From Oculina patagonica (taxonomy: Eukaryota): a stretch of 54,188 nt of DNA. Positions 1 through 14,318 of this stretch are shown here, piece after piece; within the stretch, counting starts at the first letter, position 1; the number at the start of each line of letters is the position of its first letter. The position numbers and the translations under genes were made by a program. The notes under the pieces were generated by a model. The model saw only the letters and a list, made by a program, of their open reading frames with translations. It was not told the DNA's origin and did no database searches. The stretch is from positions 21,647,813-21,702,000 of the forward strand of contig NC_135770.1 in NCBI RefSeq assembly GCF_052425735.1. The letters run 5' to 3'.

Positions 1-24
1 CAGAAATCGGGATTCCACTGTAGC

Positions 25-118
25 AATGATTAAGGTGGTGGAACTAATGATGGTAGTTCTTGTGATGGTGGTAGTAGTGTGGAGGTGGTGGTTGGGGTTG
101 TGGTGATGGTGATGGTGC
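25..118. repeat. Imperfect (GGT/GAT)n microsatellite
   Basis: ggtggtggaactaatgatggtagt...gtggtgatggtgatggtg, lying in an intron. Confidence 0.6.
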
Positions 119-296
119 CTGGTCACCCAAATCAATGGTTGTCATGGGATAATTTAAGTAGTGATGTTAAGTACTAAAAAAGGAATCCCATAGAACGAAT
201 GGCGTACGTGTGAGCTTCAACAAACGGTAAATTTAATGCTAGTTGTGTAAGAAGGTAAACACTGGAAAGCTCACTTTTTAAATCGTCGAAAATTAC

Positions 297-3200
297 CTTT
301 CCCAAAGAGTGCGGAAGCCACTCTGTCACGTAAATATCGACAAATCCGTCTTGATCAAAATCACCAACGTTTGGCGTCATTCCAGAAAGCTTTCGTTTGT
401 CACTTGTTTGCAGGGAGCAGTTTCTTTGCATAGCTTCTTCTTTAAAGCGGCCTCCATAGTTAATATAAAGGTAATGCCTGGTATCACCGACTGTTGTCAC
501 ATACAGGTCTAAATCTCCGTCCTGGTCAACGTCTGCCCAGACTACACCATTGGCGAGGGAGCTGGGTCCAATACCTGTGTCTTCTGTGACGTCAGTGAAA
601 GTTCCATCACCTGGGACATACAATTAAAAGAATGTTTATGCAAGGTACAGGCTAAGATCGGCTTTACAGCAGACAGCATAGGTGAGGATCATGAGTTTGT
701 CTAATTGGCTATACGGCCGAGATTTGTCTTTTACACTGGTTAGTATTGTAATTTTTCCTTCTTGCAAAAAATTCAGAGCACATTTGGGAATGTTGAAAGA
801 TTGCACTACAAAAGAAAAGAAGTTTTCTATTATATTTTGAAATGAACCCAAATTTTACTTAATAATACACCAAGCAGTGTTTTGTTGTATTTTTTTATTC
901 AAAATTGCTCACGACAGGGACGGACGCAGAGTTTTTTATATGTGGACAGGGGTGGTTCAGTACAAAAATATCAGCCAATATACACCCAATCCACCCCATC
1001 TTAGCTTAATCTGCAAGACTCGGTATATAGCTCAGTTGGTAGAGCAAGGCACCGGTATTGCGGAGGTCATGAGTTAGAATCCCGTTTAGCCTTGAAATTT
1101 TTTAAGGCCAAAAAAGCAATTGCTTAAATTACTTGCACATTGCGAGAATAATTTCATTCATTTCAAAAGATTTTAAAAACCCTAAATTGAACTACATATT
1201 CACCTTGCAATCACATTTTCTTCCAAGAACGCGATGTTTACGATATTAATAATGAGGCAAACATTAAGGTCATCAAAAAGCAATCAGAACTCACCGTTGT
1301 TTTTGTACAGCACGCTCTTGTCGTGAAACACAGTAAAGTAAATATCCTCCAGTCCGTCTCCATCGTAATCACCCACCGCCGCTCCGCCAGTCATGTGTTC
1401 AGGTGTACAGTATTGTCCCACAATCCTCTCTGGCTGAGACGAGTTTTGAGAAGGTATTACCACATCAAACACACAGTGAGGACTGAGAGCACTGCTGGTA
1501 CGATGAACATGGTGGAATCCAGCTTGCTACAAGGAAAGAAATTTAACGTCAATAACATTCTACTTTATCTACTTTTCTTTTCTTTTAAAGAGGAAGGAGT
1601 ACACGATAAGGACGTTGTTGTATCGTTATAGATTAAACATATATTTAGCTAATTCTATCTATCCGATAACTTCGCATTGCTACTTTAAGATATTTCAATA
1701 TTTTGGCGATTTATGTATAATTATAAAATTCGCTTTGATGGTTCCGAGTTTTCATCAATCAATTGAATTTTTCACAAATTTTTATGTAAGTAGGCTCGAT
1801 GTAGCTCCGGCGTTAATGTATTTGCCGCTTTTGCGGGGTCTTTCATCATCTTAAAATATCAATGACGTAAAGACATTTATTATATATATAGCAAGAATTT
1901 TGGGCAATAAATCTTTCAAATAGAATTCTATATTTGCTTTATTTCACATGTGAGAAAAGCGATACGTCCAATCAGCTTTGCGTATAGCTTTCTTCACAAA
2001 TATAACCAATCAGCATCTAGAGTAGAACGACTCGACCAATGAAAGCGCGAGAAATCGCGAGAACTCAAATGGTTTCCAACGAGGTTAGCGTTGAGGAAAC
2101 AGCGAGAGGCAAGTTTGCTCTCGACGGCAGTTTATGTTTTGAAAACATGGCTACACGTTTCCGTTTCTTTGCAAAACTTACTTTTTATAAAGAACTTTAT
2201 GAAAGGCAGTTCAAGCTTACAGTAGCATGCTTAACAAACCTAAAGAATACAGTAATGGTACTGAATCAATCCGCAAATGCGAAGTGAAGACAAACATGCA
2301 AGTGTCGACTTTCTTCGGACAACACCTCCGCAGACTTTCTAAGAATATTCAAGCACTCTTGGGAACGCCCTGGTAAAGTAAATTGCATTTTTGAATGTGT
2401 ATTTACGTCGTAATTATTGTTTAAATCACCGGCTTCTTGTGTTATCACAATTTGTTCAAAATTCACCAGTTGATTCGCCAGTAGTTTATTCGCTTGTGGC
2501 GACGTTTCCTTGATGCGATGCGATGCGAATTGAAAGGTTCTTCTTTCAAAATATAACGCAGTGTGTTTATTTAACTGAAGTTTTTGACTAGGAGAGTTTG
2601 TCGCCAGTATTTTTTTTTATATTTAATCATGGCGTAGATAAATAGGGAATTCGCTTGAAAAGCGTTGTCCATTTTAAAGCTTTGTTTTTCCTCGAGCTGC
2701 TGCGAAATTAATAACTGTAACAAACTTAGAAAAATCGCGTAAGGTTTACAATGGTTTAGTCCTCGATATATGTAATAAACAAATTACAGCATAGAAAGTG
2801 CTTTGTACGGATTTCATTCACTCGTTGCAGAACTTTGGAAAACTCACTCATTCGCTACGCTCATTCGTTCGCCTTTTCTCAAGTTTTGCAACTCGTGAAT
2901 AAAAATCCGTACGTTGCACTTTCTATGAAGTAACCTTTATATATTGGAGTATTTACCAAAAGATTATTCCATTCGCGCTTATTGGATAAGCGCTGATCCT
3001 AACCAACGAGGCGCTTTTCCGAAAAGTGACGCGGTTCGCGGGAAAATTATAGACAAATGTATGGGAAATTAAAAACATGACTGAGCGCTTTCTAGCCTGG
3101 CTGCATCCTTCAAACTTAGCGAATAAAAACTTTTGCCAAGTATCTTAACTTTACAATTCATAAGTTGTCCAGAATTCGATTTTTGTAAAAGATATTTGCC

Positions 3201-4181
3201 GTCGGATTCCCATACAAACACTGTAATTTCTTCCCGCTTTGCCTACCCGTCAAGATGGCGTCGAAAACCGTGATAAGGCCTATTGTAATACTTTTCGCTT
3301 GTTAGTTGCACTCCAGAGAAGCAGCGATCAAGAAAGAAATTGTTGTTTTAGCGCCTTTAGTGAATTCGTTAAAAGTCGACAGTTAAAGTTTATCACTGCA
3401 AAAAATTATTAGCAAATTTACTTACTTCAGTTGCTGAGTTCCAAAAGTGTGAATTACCTAAAAGTTTGTGTTTTCATCTTTCCAAACGTTTCGTAAGCTT
3501 AAGTAAACGCCTTCTCTCCTATTTAGGGGTTGCAATTAATTCTCATCGCTTTTAAATTTACAGTCTTGCCAAATGTTGTCCAACCGAATTACGTTTTTTA
3601 ATATAACACCGATTGTTTCCTTTGTTTACATAAACCCGAGAAAAGTGTAGGAAATAAGAACATTATGTTATCGAAAAATGTTACGGTTTCGTTACGTATA
3701 CCCTTGGCATTTTACACTTTTAACTTAGCTCATGAATTCAAACTGTTCTCTAATTCCCCCTCCCCCCTACGAGATATATCTTTTAATTCCCCTGTTATAT
3801 CCCTTCTCTTAGTTCCCCCACCCGGTAGACAAGATATCGTTTAAGTCACATCAGCAAATAAAAACTGAATAGTACCTGGTGTACTTCTTCAAACTTTGAG
3901 TTTTGTCCAAGATGATCTGCATATTTATTTTGCCTCGTCAATTTCTCTTCCTTGCAGCTTTCAAAAGGTAGATTGAAAGCCATGTCATTTGCCAGAACCT
4001 CAAGCCTTTCTAAGCTCACTTTTTGGGTCCACTGCGCCCTGCTATCGTCCACACGATGTGCTTTGCTATAACTTCCATCTCGCACTTCGTACCAATCGGG
4101 AGTAGAAATTATCGTTGGCGAGGAGGCAGAAGAAATGCCGATAAGGAATAAAAACACAAGGGCACTGAAGGTAAATGCCAT
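297..4181 (-). CDS. Secreted FG-GAP-repeat protein, CRTAC1/ASPIC-UnbV-like; 5' three coding exons, gene runs off the left edge
   Basis: Exons 4181-3876 (ATG, signal peptide MAFTFSALVFLFLIGISSA), 1526-1295 and 610-297 join in frame with GT-AG boundaries (phases 0, 1, 0). Repeated Ca-binding FG-GAP-type motifs: GAAVGDYDGDGLEDIYFT, GVVWADVDQDGDLDLYVT, VGDFDQDGFVDIYVT, plus NNGDGTFTDVT. An acceptor at 4214-4216 implies a 5'UTR intron. Confidence 0.85.
1019..1140 (+). mobile_element. tRNA-derived SINE, degenerate
   Basis: A-box TAGCTCAGTTGGTAGAGC and B-box-like GAGTTAGAATCCC followed by a non-tRNA tail; no acceptor stem; intronic. Confidence 0.7.
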
Positions 4182-7100
4182 TTTAAAAGCCACGTTCTTC
4201 GTCAGATGTGCTTCTGTAGAAACAAAAAAGGAAGACGAACCGTCAAATGTTATTATGGTACTTTGGGTGAAGAACTTAAAACATAACTTGCCTTAAGGAC
4301 TTTTTTTTTAATGTTTACACAAGTGTTTAACCTGTTAACGAGTTCTCCTACAAATACAATATACAAACAGCACATACCAATACCTTTATGAACATAAACA
4401 CCAAGGAAGAGGGAGGGAATGGGCCGGTTCCGATTTCAATAGTTATCGCTATGACGCAACTTCCACTCCTACTGTTCTGTTCAGTGGGTTTTAATAATAG
4501 CGCTAAACGTTCTCACCGCCTGTAGTGCGCGGTGAAGATGAATTATTGCTTTAATTGTATCTCAAAAACTTGCTTAAGGCATTTTGACAGCAAGTGACAC
4601 TTGCCACACGAAAAATTAATTTGACTTGGTAGGTCACCCTTAAAGAGCTATGAAGATACGTATGGTTGCGAAATGGAAGATTGCGATACCGTATTCTATG
4701 CATGAAAAGGAGCCAATTAAATTCAGAGTTGATATCGTGTGTCAAAGTTGTGGTGTTTTTGCGGTTTTCTGCAAGTTTATTTTTAGATATCTGTCCCTAA
4801 GGCAAAGTGGTCTATTTGATTAACAGAGGAAGTTGGACGTTATCGGCTCGTTTTCTGTCCACTGATTGTTTTATGGTTAATGACAGTCGTCTGGCAATGC
4901 AGGTCCGCACAATGAAATTATGCTCACACTTAAATGACGCAATAAAATTCTTAAACGTATCTTTTAAAAAAAACGCATTTCAACGAGCGAAATTAAATGT
5001 TGACAATACGAAAGATCTAGAATAGCCCAGTCTTTTCATTGTCCCTGACTGTAGATGAACATCAATAAACCGTGACATGCAGTGAAGTTAAGTAAAAGGC
5101 TACAAACTACTCAGACTGTCTAAGAAAGATGATAGCTTTTGATTTACACAATAGAAGATCGAGGCTCATTCGACTTAATAAAATGCTTGAGGTTTCTGCT
5201 CACTTTATTGTTTCTAGATGCGATAACCTTTTCTATACAATTCAAACCACAATCTTTCTGGGTACATGAGCACAATTAGCGTATAGCATGTATTCCTTGA
5301 GCTAATTTCTTTGCGCGATATGTATACTTTTTATGAAAACTGGAGCATTGGATAATGTATTTCTAAAGCTTTGATTGGCTTTACGGCCGGCCATTAGATA
5401 TCAGCCGTTATTCCATGCCCGACAAACATGGTTGACAAATATCGTCTTCTGGTCTTTTTAGCAAGATTAACTGATATTTCGCGGTTGCTTTTAATAAAAC
5501 AAATTTTCAACTTGCGAAATGATTATAGCCAACCCGATTGGCTATCTGACATCTCATATCAAACGCGCGCTCTCTGAATAACATACGTTAAAATACATCA
5601 GTTATTTAACAGGAAGCTATATTGAGTTGACAAAAAAATATTGACCATGTAACCTAGCAATAAAATGCTTCAGTAGATTAAAATAGTAACTTGACTCATC
5701 TAAAAACGATATTTACCCTTGAACTTTGTTCAGCAGAACTTTCGTTTAGCTATTGATCATTCTCGGGTCCTTTTCTTTAACAAAAGAAAAGGCACGCCTA
5801 CCTTATTTCCAAGACAATGTCATTATGTAGCCTACGAGAAAAATTTGAAAATGAAAATTCCAGATAAATCCATTAACAAACTTTTGTGGACTTGTAACAG
5901 TCTACGGACTTCAAAAACAGTTTAAAATTTTACACTGTCCTCTGTGAACATTAGAAACATTTAACTATTGACCAACCACTTGAACAAATGAAAGCATTCC
6001 TCCACAACAATGAAGGTACAACTTGGAACCTTTGACTGATCTATCGAAACGCCTGTAGCATTATAGGTCCTATATGATAATGTCATATTGATCACGTATA
6101 TGTTTGCAAATAATGGATCTGTCGTGGAATTGGGTGCTTATTAATAAAAAAAACTGCTCTTCTGTTAGACAATGGAAAACCTGCGAATCCTAATTGTACA
6201 TCCTTAGTGAAGTAATATACGATTTTGACAACATTGATAAAATTTAAACATCGCAAAGCACTAAAAAAGCAAGTAAGGAACTTTTATATGAATGGTCAAA
6301 TTTGAGGATTTCGATCACAGACTAAAGTTCAAATCACATTGCATGACTTTCATAAGTAAGAACACCAGGAGGGAGGCGGAAGCCAGCAGATATGCATTCC
6401 GCAAACAGCGAGACTTGCATTTACAAAAATTAATTCATTCATCGGCAAAAAACGCCGAAACTGTCGAAAGATTTGGCAAAAATGTCAATTAAAAATATGA
6501 AAGTTTTAAACTGTTTAATTACATTCTTCAAAAAAGAATAGCTTGGCGTCTAAAAGTCTAGCAATAGTAGAAAATCCGAAACTGTGGTCTTCAAAACGGA
6601 CGGCAGACAACAAAAACGTCACAGTCCACCTAGCTTTCGTATTTTGTTTCCTTTCTAGCTGTGCTCAAAGATGAGGCCTTTGATTTTGGCTTTTTAACGG
6701 ATCTCTAACAAACAGCCCACTAACAAGTCAATACATTTAACAAAATGTGAGAAATGTTGTCCCTACGACTTTACATCATCGTGCTTTCAGTTCAATTCAC
6801 ACACAAGAACCACCAGACCACCCAATCATACAAAAGTTAATTAGTGGCTTCACCAGGGTTGATATGTACATGTGTTGCTATATCCTTATAGATTGCAAAA
6901 CTTCAAAAAACTGCGGCGTTGAATGTCAATTCTAGAATGATTTCAGGAAACTAAGACACACCTGTATAACATAGGAAACCCTCACTCAAAAACTGGCGGG
7001 ACCCACCCTGAAGTCGGCCCTTGGCAAAAGATGACGATGGTGGAAGTGGGTTGTAAGATGGACAAACTTAACTCTATTCGGCTCACGTTCGTTCGGTTCC

Positions 7101-7923
7101 AGGTCATTAGCTTGGGGGCCATTGATACAAGATTGCTAAACCTGTCATTTTTTGCTGTTTAATTAACTCTCTTTGGTAAGTAAAAAAAGGACAAGTGAAA
7201 AAGGTCTCACGTGAATGCCTCTCTACCCTTCGTAGTAACAATAGCGCAAACAACAGGAACAATACCCTTAGCCCCAAAAACCATAGCAACCACTAAACAA
7301 GAAAATCAGTAGAATTACAAGCTTACGAGAGCTGTTACACTACTGCGTATCACACGCCAACCAAATTTTCCGGGAGTGCCCGCTCCCCGGATCTAAGTGC
7401 ACGTGTTTAATACATTTCCACGTTTCAGTTTGAATTCGTGCTTTTTATTTTTTAAAGACACGCGACAGAAGTGAACTTTACGGGTGACAGAGCAAAATTC
7501 AAAGTCGGCTATCGATCATAATGACAATACATGTCCAAACAACTAGATCGTAATTTAATAACATTTCTTTGTTGTTTCGACTGTGTCGGCTCACCCATGC
7601 ACAGTGCCGGCTCATTATGGAGGTTATAAACACACAGCAGTGTAGTAATAAAAATATATTCATTAGAACATTCCCGCAACATTCAGCGTTTCTAATAATT
7701 ACCGATTTTTTGTGAGTTGTCTTTGTTCTTAACATCTACAAAAAAATTTCTTGAGAAGGAGGTCAAACTCTTTTGAAGCAAGAGCAAACTTTAAGGTGGG
7801 TTATGCCTTTTTATTCTAATTCGTACATCAGAGATTCTTTTACCTTATAAATCTTTTTTTCCTCATTTGTTATCTTGCTGTAGAAGCAGCTTTGTTCAAG
7901 TTAAGTAAAGAAAGTGACTGACG

Positions 7924-10900
7924 ATGGTTTTAAAAAAAGCAACAGACGTCTGGTTTCTCATTCTTCTTATTTCAATCTCTGTCAACACTGTGGCAACTCA
8001 GTGCCAGGGCGGAAGAAGTATAGGACCTGTTCCAAGTGTAACAGATGAAAGGTAAAAAGTGAGAATCGTTGATAGTTTACAAAAGTATTCACTCATTTTA
8101 ATACCAAACTCTAATTTGGTTGATAAGGAAAAATAACGATAGCAAGCAAAACTTAAAATCGGTTTTTGACGAAGGTTCTGAAGCGCCTGAAAACTGTAAT
8201 AACCAAGATGTCGCATTATATTCAACCGAGCATGTTATGGGTGTTTCGAAGCTTTTTGCATGCAAAGGACTTATTCCTTATTCTTTACTCCTGAATGTTA
8301 GCAAAAAATGTCATTACGTAAAAACTGGATGACGAAACATGTCGAAACTAGAACACTGGGTTAGTTCAGGATTGAATTTAGGGTCGGTGGTTGATAGTTG
8401 GCGTATAATGGCAACCTGATTGCGGTTTTGTGCTAGTTGCTGGTGAATGCGGGTTACGGTTTGCAATTTTATGGGGGTTCCGGGGTGTTGCAGGGTGTAG
8501 CAACGTTTCTGGTTTTAGTTAACATCGCAAACAGTATCGAAATGAAAGAAAGGGAAAGCTTGGTTCTTGTATGACCGTGACATCCAACCAAGGGCTCTGC
8601 TTCACGTAAAACGAAGTTTTCTCGACGTCCTTTGCAAAATAGTGCAAATAGCTCTATCTCTCCGGCTTGATCTGTACCGTTCTACGGTTCTTTAAGCCTT
8701 CATGTGCGAATTAGTAAATGTGTTCAGTGAAACAAATGATGGCTGGGAACATGCTAGAGAAAAAAAAATCCCTTGGTGCGACTTGAAACTTATGCCCCTT
8801 AACATCAGTAGGTTTGCTTTGTATTTACAGATCTCTCAAAACTAGAGGCCAAACGAATCAATCACTTTTATATATGTGTTTACCTGACCTCTGTCAAGTT
8901 TGGAGCAAACAAATTGTTATTAAGAATGAAAGGTCTCGCTGTAGCAACTATTTTTGGCTTTTCATTCGTTTAATCATATGATTCAACCAATTTGGCGTAC
9001 TCGTATGAGGTAATAATCGCCTCAATTCTGCTTCAAAACAAATCTGGAGCTTGTAATCTAAAAGGCTTTTGCATTCGTTAAAACTTTATGGCATCATATG
9101 TCTGCGTTAAGGTCTGCATTACAACAGACACTAGTATAGTAATAATGAAGTAAAATTCGTGAAATGCCGCAAACTTCCAAACAAAGTAAGCACAAAAATA
9201 GCAATACGCCCTCCGAACATACGAGCGCCCGCATGTTCGACTCAAAAATCCCTGCGATAATAATGCCCCCTGCCCGGGCCCGGGGGCCCCTGCCCCTTCC
9301 AGATCCCCCATATTAATTCGTACGCTTATGTGGTTTAGTACGCCGTATACGAAGGTTCGTGTTTCATATTGAACCTTGAAATTTCTAAGACACAAGGATC
9401 TCACCCAAATACAAGCCCATCTTTTTCAAGACGCACTTCCAGGCCGAATGGTACATGTGTTGCACGGCAAAAAGCGGTCTGAGTAAATGCCAAAATAGAA
9501 GACTGTGTGGATGCTATTGATCGTTATTATCCTACACGGGCAAGTCCGCACCGGTACGTTGTCTCCTTCTTCGACCGGTCTAGAGCTCCCTTCTCTACTT
9601 TTACCGCGCCAGAAAAGAGGGATCGATGACTAGTATTAGACTAGCATCTCTAAGCTAGTTTCTCGCAGGTCAGAAACCACTGAGATGCGACATGTTATTT
9701 CCATCCTCTCTCTACTTATCTTCCTAATAAAGTCTATCTCAGGACAACTTTAGGTTTTCTTATAGTATATGTGGTTTAAAAATCTACGGTTGTGTCGCTT
9801 TACCTTTACGACTGTGTTATATGGTCAGCACATTTCATACATGTCTTCATTAAACAGACCGTTGGCTACATAGTCGCAGTAGATCTTGCAAAAGACGCCC
9901 ATTTTAAAAACCATTTTTAATTAACTTTTACTAGTTGCTATTCGATGATCCTTCACTGAGCTAAAGCCCATTCACATCATATGAAGCACAGACTTTACAT
10001 TGCAGTTGTTGTCCGTGTATTGAGGCCACATAAACTGATAGGAATAATGTTTCAGCTAAACCTAATTAACCTTAATCTTTTTCTAGTGTGTTTCTTAACA
10101 CCGCTGTATTTACTGATTGGGTGGGGCAACTGTTTTTAATGTGACAAGTAACAAAGCTCTTGTAGCCAGCCAATCAAACATGCGGTAACCTGCAGTTGGC
10201 GCATGCACTCATAGCGGACCTATTGTTTTCCTTCACAGGCGCCTCGATGGTATATCGAATAACAAAGATCACGTGTTTTGGGGCGCTGCACTGGAGGACG
10301 TGGCACGTGACGCACCAGCCCAGTACGCTGACGGCATCGCTCTGCCTGCGGGCGCTTGCACACCTGAGCAAAGGCGAACAGGAAACTGTAAATACGTTAA
10401 CGCAATTAATGGACTAGGCTCTAACAGACCCTCGCCTAGAAAGATCAGCAATGAGCTCTTTCAACAGGTAAGCCACTCAGGGAATGTTTGCAGTACTTAT
10501 GTTCAATTTTTCACGTCTCAAGATCAGATCTTAAATTACCTTTACCTGATGATCTCAAAAGAAACTCAACAAATGAATTTAAGAATAAGACGCTAACTAA
10601 AGTGATTTCTGTTGTCTTGCAGATTGAATCCAAAATAAGCGCTCGACGACTCAGTGATTTTCATCCAAATTTTGGACAGGTAATTTATTGTACATATAAA
10701 AATCAGTTATTCAGTCAGATTTTTTCTTAGGTCCTACAGTCAGTATATCGGTTAGTTCAGTCAGTCATTCAGTCGGCCTGTCAATTAGTGGGTCAGTCGG
10801 TCTGTCGATTAGTCGGTCAGTCTGTCTGTCTGTCAGTCAGTCAGTCAGTATGTCTGTCAATTAGTCGGTCGGTCAGTCAGTCAGTCAGTCAATCAGTCAT

Positions 10901-13900
10901 CAATTAATTAGCTAGTTCTCTGTATTTTTGCAAAAAGGAAATGCATATCGTTTTGTGTGTGATGATGAATGGGTAGAAGAAGGGCTGACTTATTACGCCT
11001 ACGGTGAGATCGAATGTAAAATAGTTGAATTAATAGTTGACATAATGGGTCCTTCTTATATTTTCTGACATGTTTGATGACTATTTTATCAGCCGCTGGG
11101 CGTCAGTACAGTAAAGGCCACAATAATAACTTTAGAAGAGACGTATGCTATTACGTGCTATTAGCTCCTTGCTCCAATGTTATAATACGGCGTTAGCAAG
11201 GTGGTTTATGGCTTTTTTCTGTCTTTTCTCTATTAGTTCTTGGCGCACGACACGGATTTATCAAGCACGCTGGCAAGTCGTGACTTTGCAGATGTTTTTA
11301 GTGATGTATGGCTGCCTATTGAAGTTCCAAAGGTCAGTTCTGAGCTCTTCCTAATTATGGCAACTAAGGTGAATATAGTTATAAACAATAGCTTGTATTT
11401 AGCGCAAAAATATGCACTGCTATTTGTCCGCAGACATTGCAGCAGGATTCTACAGTATTTGTTCCGAGAAGCGAACCTTTTCTCGAGAGAAAGCAGCTCG
11501 AGGAAAACTGTTTATTCGTTTATTAAAAAACATCATACATTATGCCCGTCATAAAGCCCCGAAGACAAATATGTTTGCACGTATTCTAAAACCTTTGGTT
11601 GGCCGCGTTTTTAGAACGAGCAATATACAGCCAGTCTTTCGTCCCCTTGAGGGAAGTTTATTTTTTACCTGAATTACTATTTTCTTTATGCTTTTTATGG
11701 GGCGCGTTTTGTTGGGGGCATTAATTATTTTTGTCTTGGGGGCTGTTTGACCGGTTACCCAGGAAACTGACTTATACATGGTAGGCACCATGTCTTTCGA
11801 TCAGTTTGCAAATTCGGGAAAAACACTTACCACTATTCAGCGATCATTCCAAACGGTCTATTCCGGCAAATGATGACCTGGAACTATGGGGATAGTAAAA
11901 TCACATACATAAGCAAAATAGGTTTCGATCTTGAACCCTCAGTATTCTCAAAAGAATTGATCGAGCTATAGATAAACTTGTGTCTAAAATATGTTTTTCT
12001 TTCTTGTCTTTTTCAATGCAGGGAGATATTCACTTTGACCGTCAAAATAAAGGCAACGTTTACCTTCCTTTTGTGCGAACGATCTTTAACAGGTTTGAGA
12101 ACTTTTTTCCAACTTTTGGTCAGTAATATGTATGGGGACTCCACAAAATTTAATAATTAATGCAAAATGTAATAGTCACCCAAAATGCAATAACTTTTGA
12201 CGAAAAATGTAATAAACTAACGGTACGCAAGATGTATTAAATTTGACGCAAATTGTAATAACTTCAGTTTTGTCCTAGCTCGATGGGGCAGTACACATAT
12301 GAACATCTATGCTTGGAAACGACAAACGCCAGACTTTTCTGATAACTGAGGCAATTGGGAAGCGCCAAAAGGGGGGTTAAATTTGGAAGTCTAGTCAGGA
12401 AAGAAACACTTCTTCATACTAACTTGTGAAAGGAACATGTCGCCTGTCAGTCAGTCAGATCATTGCTGTCAAGAGGGTGAATAAGCGTACGCAAATCCGC
12501 CGGTCCTTTATGAATCCGTACTTGAATCCGTCGATCTACAAAAATTAAATTCACAAATCCGAATCAACGAATTATTTCACAGCTGCTTTGTTTAAGATTG
12601 TGTTTTAGCAAAATTTTTATTAAACAAGACTGCAAATATGATCATACTATGTGAAGCGTAGACTTTGCGAGACGCCAACAGCTGGCCACGGTTTCAATCC
12701 TGCTCTATCGGTTCTAGTTGTGTTGGTGTCTCCCAAAGTCTACTTTTTCACGTAGTATGATCAGCCTTGCAGTCTTGTTTGTGATTTCATTTTATTGCTG
12801 AATAGATCTCTCAGCAGATCTTACGCATAGCAACATTTTCGTTTGCGGTCCCCTGCGGCCTTAGTCTTATTTTTTTATTGCCGTTTTTTAATTAATCCTT
12901 TTTGAGACCATTTTGATCATATTGTTTTCTGTTAGTACTTCGAAGGTTCCAGGTGTATCTTCATCGCTCGGCAAACCTTCAATATTCAACTTTGCTGGAA
13001 GGGGCTTCATACTTGTACAATTTGCTATCTAGTCATGTGATCGATGACGTGAACAATGTGATTGATTGGTCTCATTTGTCAAACTGAAGATTTAACATTT
13101 TTCGTCAAATTTATTATGTTTTGCGTTACTTAAGTTTATTACATTTTGTGTCAAAAGTTATTTCATTTTGGGTAACCGTGATTATTACATTTTGCGTCAA
13201 AAAGTTATTACAGTTTGAGTTACTGTTACCATTTGCGTCAATTCTTACATTTTGTGACGTAACGGGAAAAGAGTATGAAGGCTGGTCTTTACTTAGCATA
13301 GGTACAATCATAATCACAAGCACACATCAGCATACGCACATAATAAGGACGGATACGCGTATTCTTGTTATGCTGTCTTTACCATGAAATAGCATAAACA
13401 CAAGAAAACAAAACTGTTCGTTTTTCTAGTTATTATGCTTAAAGGGGAATCTTTGTTTACAAAATTTGTCTCATTAGCATATGCGCTTCACTTAATTGCT
13501 GATCGAGCTACAAACATATCAATTCTGAATATTGAAAGTACATGGTACGATTAATTTTCCGTGACGCAGGTTTAAAAACTTGATATTTTACAAAGATTGT
13601 ATGGGCTCATCAGCGCTTTTGCCACCCAGAAATTGTGCAGTTTTTGAACGCTTATATCTCCTTGAATATTGCACACAAATAGCTATAAATTTCGTACATA
13701 GCATGATGCCTTCTCTACGCAGAAGTGTGCTTACGAAGCAAACAATGACGTCAGCAAAGATCGCCCTATTCCTATTGAGGACAGCATAAGAAAAAAGAGG
13801 GCATGGAGTATGATCGGTCTTTTTATGAACTTATGCTAATATTCTTGTACTTGTTCTTATGCCTGTTGAAAAACCAGCCTTGATGCAAGAGTATCAAGGC

Positions 13901-14285
13901 GGAGCCTCCTCTGCATGAAATATTTTTTTCTCAAGCAGTATTTGGCTAAATATCGTTAATTATCTCTCTTCCATCAGATGCACCGGCCGCAGTACTAACA
14001 CGTCCCGACAACAAGTTAACAAACTCACGTCGTACATTGATGGTTCTGTCGTGTACGGCGAAACAGAAGCACGGAACAAGGCGTTACGAGAATTCAAAGA
14101 TGGAAAGATGAAAGTCGGACTTGGGGAACTTTTACCAGTAAGTTACAAAACTAATTTTAAGGCCTGGCTAAACTAGGAAACATTGTTGCGGACGCAAATG
14201 TTTCCCAGTTTAGCCACCCGAGAAACATATGTTTCGGAAACAAATTTTGCTTCACGGAAACAAAAAATGTTTCTGACTCAAGTCA

Positions 14286-14318
<33 letters not shown>

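Noticed and set aside
1019-1090. tRNA gene
   Set aside because: A/B boxes only, with no acceptor stem or CCA-proximal structure; best explained as a SINE head
4300-7800. Short ORFs in the divergent intergenic region and in introns
   Set aside because: No motifs, many with non-ATG starts, and no consistent splice structure
9685-9753. Signal-peptide-like mini-[25 protein letters not shown] as the first peroxidase exon
   Set aside because: It ends in TAG with no good in-frame donor; exon 7924-8051 supplies a signal peptide and the required phase-2 GT donor
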